A stretch of 64,000 bases of DNA from Nanobdellati archaeon. Its GTDB lineage: Archaea; B1Sed10-29; JAGVWA01. This document shows positions 8,859-17,567 of the stretch, in pieces; within the stretch, counting starts at the first letter, position 1; each line of letters begins with the position of its first letter. The notes under the pieces are model-generated. The model made no database searches. It was not told where the DNA came from and saw only the letters and a list, made by a program, of their open reading frames with translations. A program made the translations under genes and the position numbers. The stretch spans positions 68,363 to 132,362 of the forward strand of contig JAGVWA010000001.1 in the NCBI GenBank assembly GCA_018304505.1. Reading direction: 5' to 3'.

Positions 8859-10235
8859 ATGGAAGCAAATCAAATAATCTCGATTATTGAAGGGGGAGAA
8901 ACGCAAGAGGTTGAGTTTAAACAGTCTTTCCACAGTGCTCGGGAAGTAAGTAAAGCCATATGTTCTTTTGCAAATACTTTTGGAGGAATACTTCTAATTG
9001 GAATATCAGATAAAAAGGAAATCTTGGGGATTCAATCAGATATTGATACCTTACAGCAACAGATTTCGGCAGCTAATCAATCTGTTCTCCCAACTCCTCT
9101 TATCTCAGTTGAGATTCATAAGGTCAAAGATAGAACGATTCTTGTTGTAATCGTCCAAAAATCCTCTGACAATTCATACCACACATTTCATGGGGCGATT
9201 TATGTAAGGGTGGGAAGCACTACAAAAAGAATTGATGGGCAAACTCATCTGGAGTTTTTGAGAAATAGACAAATTCTTTCATTTGATGAAAGCTACGAAA
9301 CAACCTTTAGCCTTGATGAAATTGATATAGAAAAAGTAAAAGAGTATCTTACAATAAGAAAACAGGAAAAATATCTTGAAAGTCATACTCTGCAGGATTT
9401 TCTTTTGAGCAACAAGCTTGCTTCAAGAAATGCAGAATTCAAAATAAAAAATCCTGTTATTCTCCTTTTTGCCAAGAATACTGTTCAGAATTTTCCTCAG
9501 GCAGAGGTAAAGCTTGTCCAGTTTTCTGGGAAGGAAGCGGTCACTATTCTTTCTCATAAGCTTGTGCAGGAGAGCCTGCCTCATGCTATTGGTCAGGCAA
9601 TTGCTTTTGTTGAGAAGCACCTTACAAAAAACATTGAAGTGACCGGCTCACCGAAACGTACTGAACATTATGAATATCCTCTGAATGTTATTAGAGAAGC
9701 GATAGTGAATGCGATTGCGCACAGGGACTATTTTAGCAGGGATTCAGTGCAAATCTATATTTTTGATGATCGAATTGAGATAACAAATCCAGGGTCTTTA
9801 CCTAATGCTCTCCCAAAAGAGATGTTTGGAACAATATCTGTGCAAAGGAATCCTATAACGTACAGATTCTTACGAGACATGGGCTATGTTGAAGGATTGG
9901 GTACAGGTATTCCTCGTATGAAAAACGCAATGCGGCAGGCAGGGCTTTCTGATCCAGAATTCAAGATTACTGAGAGCTTTTTTAGGATAATATTACACAA
10001 TGCTAAAGGGAAGAAAAAACCGATTGAATCCTTAAAAGATTTAAGTGAAAGACAGAAGAAAGCGCTTGAATACGTAAGAAAGCATAAATCAATCAAAGCA
10101 CAGACATATACGGAGTTAAATAAAGTTTCTTATGCTACAGCTGTCAATGACATCAATGAAATGATGACTTTTGGCTACCTAAAGAAAGTCGGAGCTTATC
10201 GCGGTGCGTATTATGTGTTGGAGGGGGAAGAATGA
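8859..10235 (+). CDS. AlbA_2 (Schlafen-like) DNA-binding domain plus HATPase_c_4 ATPase domain protein (RecG-C-terminal-related putative regulator)
   Basis: The N-terminus (ETQEVEFKQS...FANTFGGILLIGISD) is typical of AlbA_2/divergent AAA-4. The C-terminus has an HATPase-like region and a wHTH. The gene and its flanks are markedly AT-rich compared with neighbours. Confidence 0.65.
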   Translation: MEANQIISIIEGGETQEVEFKQSFHSAREVSKAICSFANTFGGILLIGISDKKEILGIQSDIDTLQQQISAANQSVLPTPLISVEIHKVKDRTILVVIVQKSSDNSYHTFHGAIYVRVGSTTKRIDGQTHLEFLRNRQILSFDESYETTFSLDEIDIEKVKEYLTIRKQEKYLESHTLQDFLLSNKLASRNAEFKIKNPVILLFAKNTVQNFPQAEVKLVQFSGKEAVTILSHKLVQESLPHAIGQAIAFVEKHLTKNIEVTGSPKRTEHYEYPLNVIREAIVNAIAHRDYFSRDSVQIYIFDDRIEITNPGSLPNALPKEMFGTISVQRNPITYRFLRDMGYVEGLGTGIPRMKNAMRQAGLSDPEFKITESFFRIILHNAKGKKKPIESLKDLSERQKKALEYVRKHKSIKAQTYTELNKVSYATAVNDINEMMTFGYLKKVGAYRGAYYVLEGEE

Positions 10236-10447
10236 GTAAATCAGAAATAAAGAAATTTGTCCAGGAAACAGTATACTGACAATATTTCAAGAACAGCCTA
10301 TTTGAACATCCGCTTCTTAACATCCACAGGGTGAACGGAACACAAAGAGGCAAATCTTTATAAACAAAAAGAAGGCAAAAATATACAACAACCACAAGAG
10401 AAGCTATCTTTCTCTAGCTGTTCAAGCACCTAATAAGAGGCATTCTA

Positions 10448-10753
10448 ATGAAATTTCCAAAGGAAGTCAATTCATACTGCAAATTCTGTCAGAAGCACAC
10501 AGAACAGGTAGCCAAGAAGCTGGAGCAACAGCACAGCCCGAGCAAGAAACGAACAATGAGCAAGGGCCAGCTGCGACACAGTAGAAAGACAAAAGGATAC
10601 ACGAGTAAGCTGGCTACAAAGAAAGAGCGCGTAAAGCAGTCCAGCAGAAACTGGGCGCTGATGGAGTGCAAGGACTGCAAGAAAAAGACGCGCAGAACAT
10701 TAACTGGACGCACCAGAAAAAAAACAGAATACAAACGCGAAGAGGCAGCATAA
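10448..10753 (+). CDS. rpl44e: Ribosomal protein L44e (eL42)
   Basis: N-terminal K-x-P-x-x-x-x-Y-C-x-x-C-x-x-H-T-E motif and a second Cys pair CKDCKKK. Sits at the start of the conserved L44e-S27e-aIF2a-Nop10 operon. Confidence 0.7.
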   Translation: MKFPKEVNSYCKFCQKHTEQVAKKLEQQHSPSKKRTMSKGQLRHSRKTKGYTSKLATKKERVKQSSRNWALMECKDCKKKTRRTLTGRTRKKTEYKREEAA

Positions 10754-10755
10754 AC

Positions 10756-10923
10756 ATGGCGAACAAGTTTCTCAAGGTAAAATGCCCCGAGTGCGGAGGG
10801 GAGCAAATCACGTTCAGCAGGCCCGCAATGAAAGTCAATTGCTTGATCTGCGGCAAAGAATTAGCAGAACCAAAGGCGAGCAAACCGGAAATAAAAGCCA
10901 AAATCACCAAGAGCATGCACTAA
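10756..10923 (+). CDS. rps27e: Ribosomal protein S27e (eS27)
   Basis: 55 aa with the C4 zinc ribbon VKCPECGGEQITFS...VNCLICGKEL. Confidence 0.85.
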   Translation: MANKFLKVKCPECGGEQITFSRPAMKVNCLICGKELAEPKASKPEIKAKITKSMH

Positions 10924-10966
10924 CACACACTGCTTGCATTGACGTGTTTTTTAAGGGTGTTGTTTT

Positions 10967-11740
10967 TTGATAACAAGAGAATGGCCTGAAAGGGGCGACC
11001 TGGTAATAATCAAGATAAAGAGAGTTACTACTTTTGGAGCCAACGCGGACATAGAGGATTACAACAAGGAAGGATTCATTCACATCTCCGAAGTTTCCTC
11101 AAGCTGGGTAAAGAACATCAGGAACTTCTTGTCAGAGGGCCAAATTCGGGTTGCAGAAGTGAAACGCGTAAAGCCCGACGAAAACCTGATCGACCTGTCT
11201 CTCCGAAGGGTGAGCGAACAGCAGTCCAAGAGAAAGCAGACAGAGCACAAGCGCGAAAAGCGGGCAGACAAGCTATTCGAGAAACTGTGCAAGGAAAAGA
11301 AAATCGACCTAAAGGAAACTTACCAAAAAATCGCGGTCCCGCTCATTGATGAATACGGCGAGCTCCTCACAGCGCTGGAAAACATAGCGGTCTACGGCAA
11401 GGAAACATTCGAGGGCGTCAACATTGACAAGAAGTGGCAAGAAGACCTGCTGACGTTCGCGCAAGACAACATCAAGGTCTCAGAAGTCGTACGACACGGA
11501 GACTTAACAATATCCTCAACAAGCGGCGAAGGTGTCGATTTGCTCAAAAGCGCGCTAAAGGAAGCGCAGAAAATCACAGGCAAGGACATTGAATACATCT
11601 CTGCCCCGAAATACCGCATCTCAGCCAGTGGCATCGATTACAGCGAGGCAGACAAGCTTTTACAAAAAGCAGCAGACGCGGCCATCACTTACATTAAAAA
11701 GCACGGCGGCGAAGGCAGTTTCGAGAAAGTGAAGGTATGA
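10967..11740 (+). CDS. eif2a: Translation initiation factor 2 alpha subunit (aIF2-alpha)
   Basis: S1 domain N-terminus (GDLVIIKIKRVTTFGANADIEDYNKEGFIHISEVSSSWVKNIRNFL) plus helical and alpha-beta domains; 257 aa. Confidence 0.9.
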   Translation: MITREWPERGDLVIIKIKRVTTFGANADIEDYNKEGFIHISEVSSSWVKNIRNFLSEGQIRVAEVKRVKPDENLIDLSLRRVSEQQSKRKQTEHKREKRADKLFEKLCKEKKIDLKETYQKIAVPLIDEYGELLTALENIAVYGKETFEGVNIDKKWQEDLLTFAQDNIKVSEVVRHGDLTISSTSGEGVDLLKSALKEAQKITGKDIEYISAPKYRISASGIDYSEADKLLQKAADAAITYIKKHGGEGSFEKVKV

Positions 11741-11743
11741 GGT

Positions 11744-11917
11744 ATGACTGCAAAGCAGCCCCATTTACAAATAAAAAAGTGCGCTAATTTTCATTACACA
11801 CTAAAAGACCAATGCCCGATATGCAGTTTAACAACAAACAAGGCTCGCCCCCCACGATTCTCGACAATAGACAAACACGCAGACAAACGCAGAAAAGAGT
11901 TATACACGCAGGAATAA
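11744..11917 (+). CDS. nop10: H/ACA RNP protein Nop10
   Basis: 57 aa: KKCANFHYTLKDQCPICSLTTNKARPPRFSTIDKHADKRR matches the Nop10 zinc-ribbon consensus. Confidence 0.85.
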   Translation: MTAKQPHLQIKKCANFHYTLKDQCPICSLTTNKARPPRFSTIDKHADKRRKELYTQE

Positions 11918-11947
11918 AAACAACAAAAAACACAAAACCCACTAATT

Positions 11948-14392
11948 ATGGAATACATTGCTGACTTACATTTGCACTCTGCTTATTCTCGCGCAACAAG
12001 CCCAAAAATGAACCCAATTGACTTGTCAGAAGCAGCAAAGGTAAAAGGCGTCAACCTCATCGGCACTGGCGATTTTACACACCCAAAGCACCTCGATTTT
12101 TTGAAACAAAACCTAAAACAAGACACAGCTACCGGCTTTTACCAATATAATGGCATGGATTTTGTCTTGACTGCAGAAATAAGTTTAATGTACACCCAGG
12201 GTGGCAAAGGACGACGGGTTCATCACTTGCTCTTCGCGCCAGACTTTGAAACAGTAGACCAAGTCAACGCAGAGCTGGACAAGTGGGGCCGCAGGGACTA
12301 TGACGGCCGGCCCATTTTCGGCAAGCCCAGTATAGACCTAGTAGAAATGACACAATCAATTTCAGACAAAATCGAGATCATACCGGCGCATTGTTTGCTT
12401 CCTAAAACACCAATACATTGCAACCCCCAAACCAAAGATATTGATAAAGTCAAAAAAGGGGATATTGTCTATACCCACACCGGAAAAAAAAGAAAGGTTA
12501 AAGCAGTATATTCCAGACCATATATTGGAAAAACATATACTATAAAACCATGGTATTTCTCGCTAGGACTGACAACAACTGATGAGCACCCCTTCTTTGC
12601 TATAAACTCTTATAAGAACTGCTCTTGGATTAACGGCAAACCACAATGTTCCCAAAAGGACACCTATAAAAAAACCCCCTTCAAGAAGTATAAACCTGAA
12701 TGGATACAAGCAAAAAACCTGAAAATTGGAGACGTTATCCTCTACCCCCGATTTAGACAGATTAAAGACATTCAACAACTTGGCACTAGAAAAATAGTAA
12801 AACAAAACCTTAGAAACAAAAAGAAAGTGCCGGCTCAAATACAAATAGATGCAGATTTCTGCAGACTAATAGGGTACTATCTCGCTGAGGGCTATTCGAA
12901 TAGGAGGGATAGAATAGGGTTCACATTTAGAGAGACAGAAACAGAGTACTTAAACGACATACAACACATTATCAAAAATCAATTTGATCTTACTCCAAAA
13001 ACAGGAAAAGATAACGGCTTAAGCAAAGATCTTGTGTATTCTTCTAAAGAACTAATGCAATTGTTTGAGCACTTATGCTATTCACAAAATTCCAAAAAGA
13101 ATGCTATAACTAAAAAACTAAACCCCATCTTCATGGAATTACCAATGGCAAAACAAAAGGAGCTCTTTAGAGGTTGGTGGAGAGGCGATAAAGGATATAC
13201 CTCTTCAAGAGAATTGATGAACCAAATGAAAGTAATATGCTTAAGAATGGGCATTATCCCTTCTGTTCTTGTGGATTCAAAAGATAAACATACTCGCAGA
13301 GGAAATCATTACTACACAACAGAAAAAAGATTAATCAAATCCAATGCAGACAACTATAGTTTAAGCAACCTCGCATTCTTTGGAGAAAATCTTGACTTAT
13401 TAAAAGACCCATCCTTTAAAAAATTCAAAACAAAAATGAAAAGGCGACATGGGTGGATTGATGAAAATTATGCCTACCTTCCAATACGCGAAATAATCGA
13501 AGAAGAATATACAGGGCCTGTTTTCAACCTAGAGGTAGACATCGATAACTCGTATGTATCTGAGTTTGCCACAGTACATAATTGCTGGACCCCGTGGTTC
13601 GGAATCTTTGGCAGCAACGGCGGCTTCGACTCAATCAAGGAATGCTTCCAGGAAAAATCGAAACACATACACGCAATCGAGACCGGGCTCTCTAGCGACC
13701 CTGCAATGAACTGGCGCTTATCGAATTTAGATGACATTGCATTGATTTCCAATTCCGATTCGCATTCACCCTATCCGTGGCGCTTTGGCAGGGAAGCGAC
13801 GGCATTCGACATAACTGGATACGCAGACATGCTTACCGCAATAAGAAAACGCGATCCAAAAAAACTGCTGTACACCATCGAAGTCGACCCAGCCTACGGA
13901 AAATACCATTACGATGGCCACCGAAACTGCGGTTTTGAGTGCTCGCCAGAAGAAACCAAAAAACTCAGCGCAGTTTGCCCCAAGTGCAACAAGCCCATTA
14001 CAATTGGCGTTGAATCCAGGGTGGACGAACTCGCCGACAGGCCACACGGTTACACGCCAAAGAACGCCATACCCTACAAGACCTTGCTGCCGCTAGCAGA
14101 GCTGATAGCAAACCTTACAGGATCTGGTTTAGCAACAAAAAAGGTAATGGAGCCACACGACCTCCTAGTTAGTAGGCACGGCACTGAACTAAATGTACTG
14201 CTCAACGTGCCTGAAGAGGAATTGAAAAAAACGGTGCATGAGAAACTAGTTAAAGCAATCATGCTGAACCGCGAAGGCAAAATCAGTGTGAAGCCGGGCT
14301 ATGACGGCGTCTATGGCGTACCCCAATTCGATTTCTCGCTCGACAGCACACAAAAACAAAACATTCCTCAGAAGACCTTGAACGATTTCTAG
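11948..14392 (+). CDS. Endonuclease Q (PHP-domain, TIGR00375 family) containing an intein
   Basis: N-terminal PHP motif DLHLHSAYS...GTGDFTHP; C-terminal Zn finger CPKCNKPITIGVESRVDEL. The extein is ~417 aa once the 397-aa insertion is removed. Confidence 0.75.
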   Translation: MEYIADLHLHSAYSRATSPKMNPIDLSEAAKVKGVNLIGTGDFTHPKHLDFLKQNLKQDTATGFYQYNGMDFVLTAEISLMYTQGGKGRRVHHLLFAPDFETVDQVNAELDKWGRRDYDGRPIFGKPSIDLVEMTQSISDKIEIIPAHCLLPKTPIHCNPQTKDIDKVKKGDIVYTHTGKKRKVKAVYSRPYIGKTYTIKPWYFSLGLTTTDEHPFFAINSYKNCSWINGKPQCSQKDTYKKTPFKKYKPEWIQAKNLKIGDVILYPRFRQIKDIQQLGTRKIVKQNLRNKKKVPAQIQIDADFCRLIGYYLAEGYSNRRDRIGFTFRETETEYLNDIQHIIKNQFDLTPKTGKDNGLSKDLVYSSKELMQLFEHLCYSQNSKKNAITKKLNPIFMELPMAKQKELFRGWWRGDKGYTSSRELMNQMKVICLRMGIIPSVLVDSKDKHTRRGNHYYTTEKRLIKSNADNYSLSNLAFFGENLDLLKDPSFKKFKTKMKRRHGWIDENYAYLPIREIIEEEYTGPVFNLEVDIDNSYVSEFATVHNCWTPWFGIFGSNGGFDSIKECFQEKSKHIHAIETGLSSDPAMNWRLSNLDDIALISNSDSHSPYPWRFGREATAFDITGYADMLTAIRKRDPKKLLYTIEVDPAYGKYHYDGHRNCGFECSPEETKKLSAVCPKCNKPITIGVESRVDELADRPHGYTPKNAIPYKTLLPLAELIANLTGSGLATKKVMEPHDLLVSRHGTELNVLLNVPEEELKKTVHEKLVKAIMLNREGKISVKPGYDGVYGVPQFDFSLDSTQKQNIPQKTLNDF
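12392..13582 (+). mobile_element. Intein (Hint plus LAGLIDADG homing endonuclease) inside the EndoQ gene
   Basis: Begins CLLPKTPI and ends VHN followed by Cys. LAGLIDADG blocks LIGYYLAEGYS and KELFRGWWRGDKGYTS. The insert is AT-rich relative to the extein. Confidence 0.8.
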
Positions 14393-14421
14393 TTCGTCAA
14401 GTTTAAATATGGATCTTGTGT

Positions 14422-14583
14422 TATGAAACACATGCCGGGACGACTCAGTGTAGAACAGAGACTGCTGCTTAGCATTATTCTCGCAGCGGTTGCGGCCATT
14501 GTGCTACTGATGATTATTTTCCTCGTCCTGCCACCTGAACTGCTGCCAAGCTCTATTTCTGTAGGTAACGTGCAAGCCCCATG
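14422..14583 (+). CDS. small hydrophobic ORF (53 aa)
   Basis: MKHMPGRLSVEQRLLLSIILAAVAAIVLLMIIFLVLPPELLP, one predicted TM. Below the ORF-track length cutoff. Confidence 0.25.
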
Positions 14584-15827
14584 ATCTGGACCTTTTCTTC
14601 TGAGCCAGTCTGCATGTCCCTTACCGTCACTTGTTTTTCCACCAACTCTTGCGGCCCAACAATTACACAATATTGAATATTCTTTGAGTTGCAGTAATCA
14701 AACTGCTTCTTCAGGTTGCGTTTCATTAAGTCAATGTCAGTTGCGATGTTTTCCTTGCGGAGCATGCTAGCGATCTCTATGGCGCTGCCCCTGACTTCAT
14801 CTTTCACAGCTGCAACAAAGACCTTCGCGTATCCCGATTTGTCATAATCAGTGTCTGGAACGAGGTCCATTAGCCTGTCGAGGCCAATTCCGCAGCCAGT
14901 TGCTGCTGTGGGCTTGCCGCCGAACTGTTCCACTAGGTTGTCATAGCGCCCACCGCTAGCGATACTCCCAAGCCCCTCTTTGCCCTTGACAAAGGTTTCA
15001 AAGACAAAGCCCGTGTAGTAGCCAATGCCCCTGACTATTGATAGGTCAATCTTGATGTTCTTGACATTCATCTTTTCCGCGAACTCCACAACTTGTTTCA
15101 GCTCTTCATAATCCTTCATCGCGTCAGGGTCTTTCGAAATCTCCAGCAGCAGATCTTTTTCCTTCAGCCGGGTCATTGAAATGAACTTGCTGATGGCCTT
15201 TTCCGGTATCTTGTACCGTTCCATTTCGCCCCTGGCCTCCTTTTCACCGAGCTTGTCGAGCTTGTCTATGGCCCTGAACGCGTCTCCTGTTTTCGATTCT
15301 GGAATTCCCGCAATTTTGGCGAGGCGGTCGATGATCTTCCTGCTATTGATTCTGAAATAGTACTCTGTAATGCTTACCTGCTGGAGGACTGAATTGACAA
15401 CAGCAATGACTTCAGCGTCTGCCTCAGGTTCAGAGGAACCGAAGATTTCGTAACTCGCCTGCCAGAATTCCCTGTACCTGCCTGCTTGCGGTTTGTCGTA
15501 GCGCCACATTCTGTCGATTGTGTAGAACTTTGCCGGCTTTGCCATTGCCGGATTTGATGCAACGATCCGCGCATTCGGCACCGTGAGGTCAAAGCGCAGG
15601 CCGAGTTTTCTTTTTGACTTGTCTTCGAACGCGTAAATTTCGTTTTCAATGTCGGGGCCAGCCTTGGCAGCCAGTAACTCGAACGATTCGAAAGCGGGCG
15701 TGTTGACTTCACCATAACCGTAGCTTTCTAGGACTTGGCGCGCTGTCTCAAAAACCCTGCGACGTTTCTTCATTTCTTCAGGCAGGAAGTCCCGCGTTCC
15801 ACGGGGAACTTGGTATGTCATTGTCAT
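14553..15827 (-). CDS. hisS: Histidyl-tRNA synthetase
   Basis: Class II aaRS with HisRS N-terminus MTMTYQVPRGTRDFLPEE and motif 2/3 regions. The listed ORF extends upstream across tRNA-His, so the start was trimmed to the MTMTYQ methionine. Confidence 0.9.
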   Translation of the reverse strand: MTMTYQVPRGTRDFLPEEMKKRRRVFETARQVLESYGYGEVNTPAFESFELLAAKAGPDIENEIYAFEDKSKRKLGLRFDLTVPNARIVASNPAMAKPAKFYTIDRMWRYDKPQAGRYREFWQASYEIFGSSEPEADAEVIAVVNSVLQQVSITEYYFRINSRKIIDRLAKIAGIPESKTGDAFRAIDKLDKLGEKEARGEMERYKIPEKAISKFISMTRLKEKDLLLEISKDPDAMKDYEELKQVVEFAEKMNVKNIKIDLSIVRGIGYYTGFVFETFVKGKEGLGSIASGGRYDNLVEQFGGKPTAATGCGIGLDRLMDLVPDTDYDKSGYAKVFVAAVKDEVRGSAIEIASMLRKENIATDIDLMKRNLKKQFDYCNSKNIQYCVIVGPQELVEKQVTVRDMQTGSEEKVQIMGLARYLQK

Positions 15828-16156
15828 TGCTTGATCAACTCCTCTATTGTTTTTAAGGATTCGTTTCTCGAAAACGCGATGGGGCCGATGCCGAGAATCG
15901 AACTCGGGCTGCCAGAGCCACAATCTGACGTGCTAACCGCTACACTACATCGGCCGTTAGTTGGACCTTCTGCTTCAGAAATGTTTTTCGATGACTTCAA
16001 AAATGAGCCCCCAATGCACGGCTGCTTTAGAATTGCGTTGCTGCCCTTGATTTCGAGTTGCACAGAATCCAGTATGCCAAGGCTTTGGCGGAGTTTTTGC
16101 GGTATCACTATCCTATTCTTATCGTCTAGTTTACATAGGTAGGTGAAGTGAACCAC
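15824..16156 (-). CDS. SpoVT/AbrB-like swapped-hairpin domain ORF; C-terminal part overlaps tRNA-His (questionable)
   Basis: The N-terminus KLDDKNRIVIPQKLRQSLGI...VQLEIKGSNAILK resembles AbrB/MazE. GTG start. Residues ~68-93 are encoded by the tRNA-His sequence. A ctttataaag TATA sits ~30 nt upstream. Confidence 0.3.
   Translation of the reverse strand: MVHFTYLCKLDDKNRIVIPQKLRQSLGILDSVQLEIKGSNAILKQPCIGGSFLKSSKNISEAEGPTNGRCSVAVSTSDCGSGSPSSILGIGPIAFSRNESLKTIEELIKQ
15880..15955 (-). tRNA. tRNA-His(GUG) with genomically encoded G-1 and 3' CCA
   Basis: Reverse complement gives G-1 plus GCCGAUG acceptor, D arm, anticodon arm UCAGA-UUGUGGC-UCUGG (anticodon GUG), T arm CCGAG-UUCGAUU-CUCGG and 3' CAUCGGC-C-CCA. 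Confidence 0.8.
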
Positions 16157-16242
16157 TCATTTTTACTCACTTACATCATTGTGGCGTTCCCACTTTATAA
16201 AGCTTTTCTTTATTCGAAAATTAATGCATTTTTTATGACGTG

Positions 16243-16641
16243 CTACCCTGCCCCAGTAGCATGTTTTTTCGTTGTCGCTGTCGCGTCGAGCGTTTCTGAC
16301 ACCATCAGGGCGTAGGGCGTTGGCCCAATCATGGCCATTTTGGCGGCGAAGGTTTCTGCGAGGATCCCGCCGTTTTTCTTGCGCACGTTGATTTTTAGCC
16401 TGGCCTGACCCCTCATTACGATTTCTTTTATTGCGCCACCTATTAACTCATTTGACTCACGGTCTACAAAATTCCTTGAATGCTCGCCGATGACCTCGCT
16501 GCGCGTTCTGCCGGTTTCCTTTAGGTGCCTCGCAGAATCGTGTTCTATCGTGAGGTCGTACAGATTAACAATTAGGTCTGGTTCTCTCCCAAGCTTCTTG
16601 GTTGCTGCTTTTAATAACGTATCCTGAGCCATGCAAACCAC
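16243..16641 (-). CDS. hypothetical protein
   Basis: 132-aa ORF co-directional with the following gene; no motif recognised. Confidence 0.4.
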   Translation of the reverse strand: MVCMAQDTLLKAATKKLGREPDLIVNLYDLTIEHDSARHLKETGRTRSEVIGEHSRNFVDRESNELIGGAIKEIVMRGQARLKINVRKKNGGILAETFAAKMAMIGPTPYALMVSETLDATATTKKHATGAG

Positions 16642-16675
16642 ATGTAGACTTCACGCGCCTCAATTCAGGCACTGC

Positions 16676-17200
16676 TTAACCGATGTACCGCTCAATTTCC
16701 TTTTCCATTTGCTGCCTGTACCTTTTGGAAACGTCTTTTGAAACGATTATAGAGATCAGCATGCCGATGGTGTGCGCCTTCTCCCCAAGCTCGAATGACG
16801 CCAACACATACTCTGACATCTGCCTCTTTTTGCCTGCAGGGATCTTCTGAGTATATCGTTTATAATTTATCCGCTCGCGCTTCAGCAGCTTTGCCAGGTA
16901 ATCAGGCTGATGCTCAAAGGCCTTCCCCAGCTCCATGCCCTCCTCGAGCTGGATACCAATGAACTTCCTGATCGCATCCTCAAGAGCCTTCGTGTAAACC
17001 TTGTCGGTCTGCAAATGTGCAAGCATGATTTCGATGCTCTGGAGCACCTCCTCAAACAGCTGCGTTGTCCTCCTGGCCCCGTCAGTGTCAAGGCACTGCT
17101 TTATCGTAGATATGACGAGCTTCTGGATCGCCGGGCTTACGCGCTCTGGAATATCGACATCTACAACGCAGGTCCTTCCCCTGATTTTGTGGTGCGTCAT
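16676..17200 (-). CDS. hypothetical protein
   Basis: 174-aa ORF, helical and charged. Preceded by copy 2 of the 95-nt repeat module. Confidence 0.4.
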   Translation of the reverse strand: MTHHKIRGRTCVVDVDIPERVSPAIQKLVISTIKQCLDTDGARRTTQLFEEVLQSIEIMLAHLQTDKVYTKALEDAIRKFIGIQLEEGMELGKAFEHQPDYLAKLLKRERINYKRYTQKIPAGKKRQMSEYVLASFELGEKAHTIGMLISIIVSKDVSKRYRQQMEKEIERYIG

Positions 17201-17261
17201 GGTTTCAGAATGCCATTTGAGTTTATAAACATTTGTAACCCCGCAACAGCGGACGAAATAA

Positions 17262-17353
17262 ACCCAAATTCACCAAACCGAGTTAAGGAAGACTTATATT
17301 TGTTGAGAAACAGAAAAGAGGACATAAAACGCGGGAGTCCCATAGTTTGGTAA
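17262..17353. repeat. ~95-nt repeat, copy 2, interrupted/extended by a 115-nt structured insert
   Basis: cccaaattcaccaaaccgagttaaggaagacttatatt...aaaacgcgggagtccca is ~90% identical to 3569-3666. The terminal ttccgggcgcc segment resumes at 17451-17461. Confidence 0.7.
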
Positions 17354-17468
17354 TTGGGATGGTTTTAGGAACAACCATATCTCCCCCGAGATCCGTGGGT
17401 TCAAATCTGCAACGAACGCAGTTCGTTGAGCTTTCCGCATAGCGGAAATCCCCTTCCGGGCGCCATGT
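17354..17468. ncRNA. 115-nt highly structured element inserted within repeat copy 2 (function unknown)
   Basis: Several perfect hairpins (CAACGAA-CGCAG-UUCGUUG; UUUCCGC-AUA-GCGGAAA; AUGGUU...AACCAU) and a GUGGGUUCAAAUC T-loop-like segment. It is flanked by the imperfect direct repeat CGGGAGTCCCA / CGGAAATCCCC. Confidence 0.3.
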
Positions 17469-17567
17469 ACACCCCCCTTAATTATGCACCAACAGCTATT
17501 TAAACTTAATCAAAACCCGCCGCGGTTAATACAGTTATTACGGTTATCGATATATTTGTCGAGCGCA

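Noticed and set aside
14553-15923. N-terminal extension of the hisS ORF (MWLWQPEFDSRHRPHR...)
   Set aside because: The extension runs across tRNA-His; the conserved HisRS N-terminus begins at MTMTYQ (15827).
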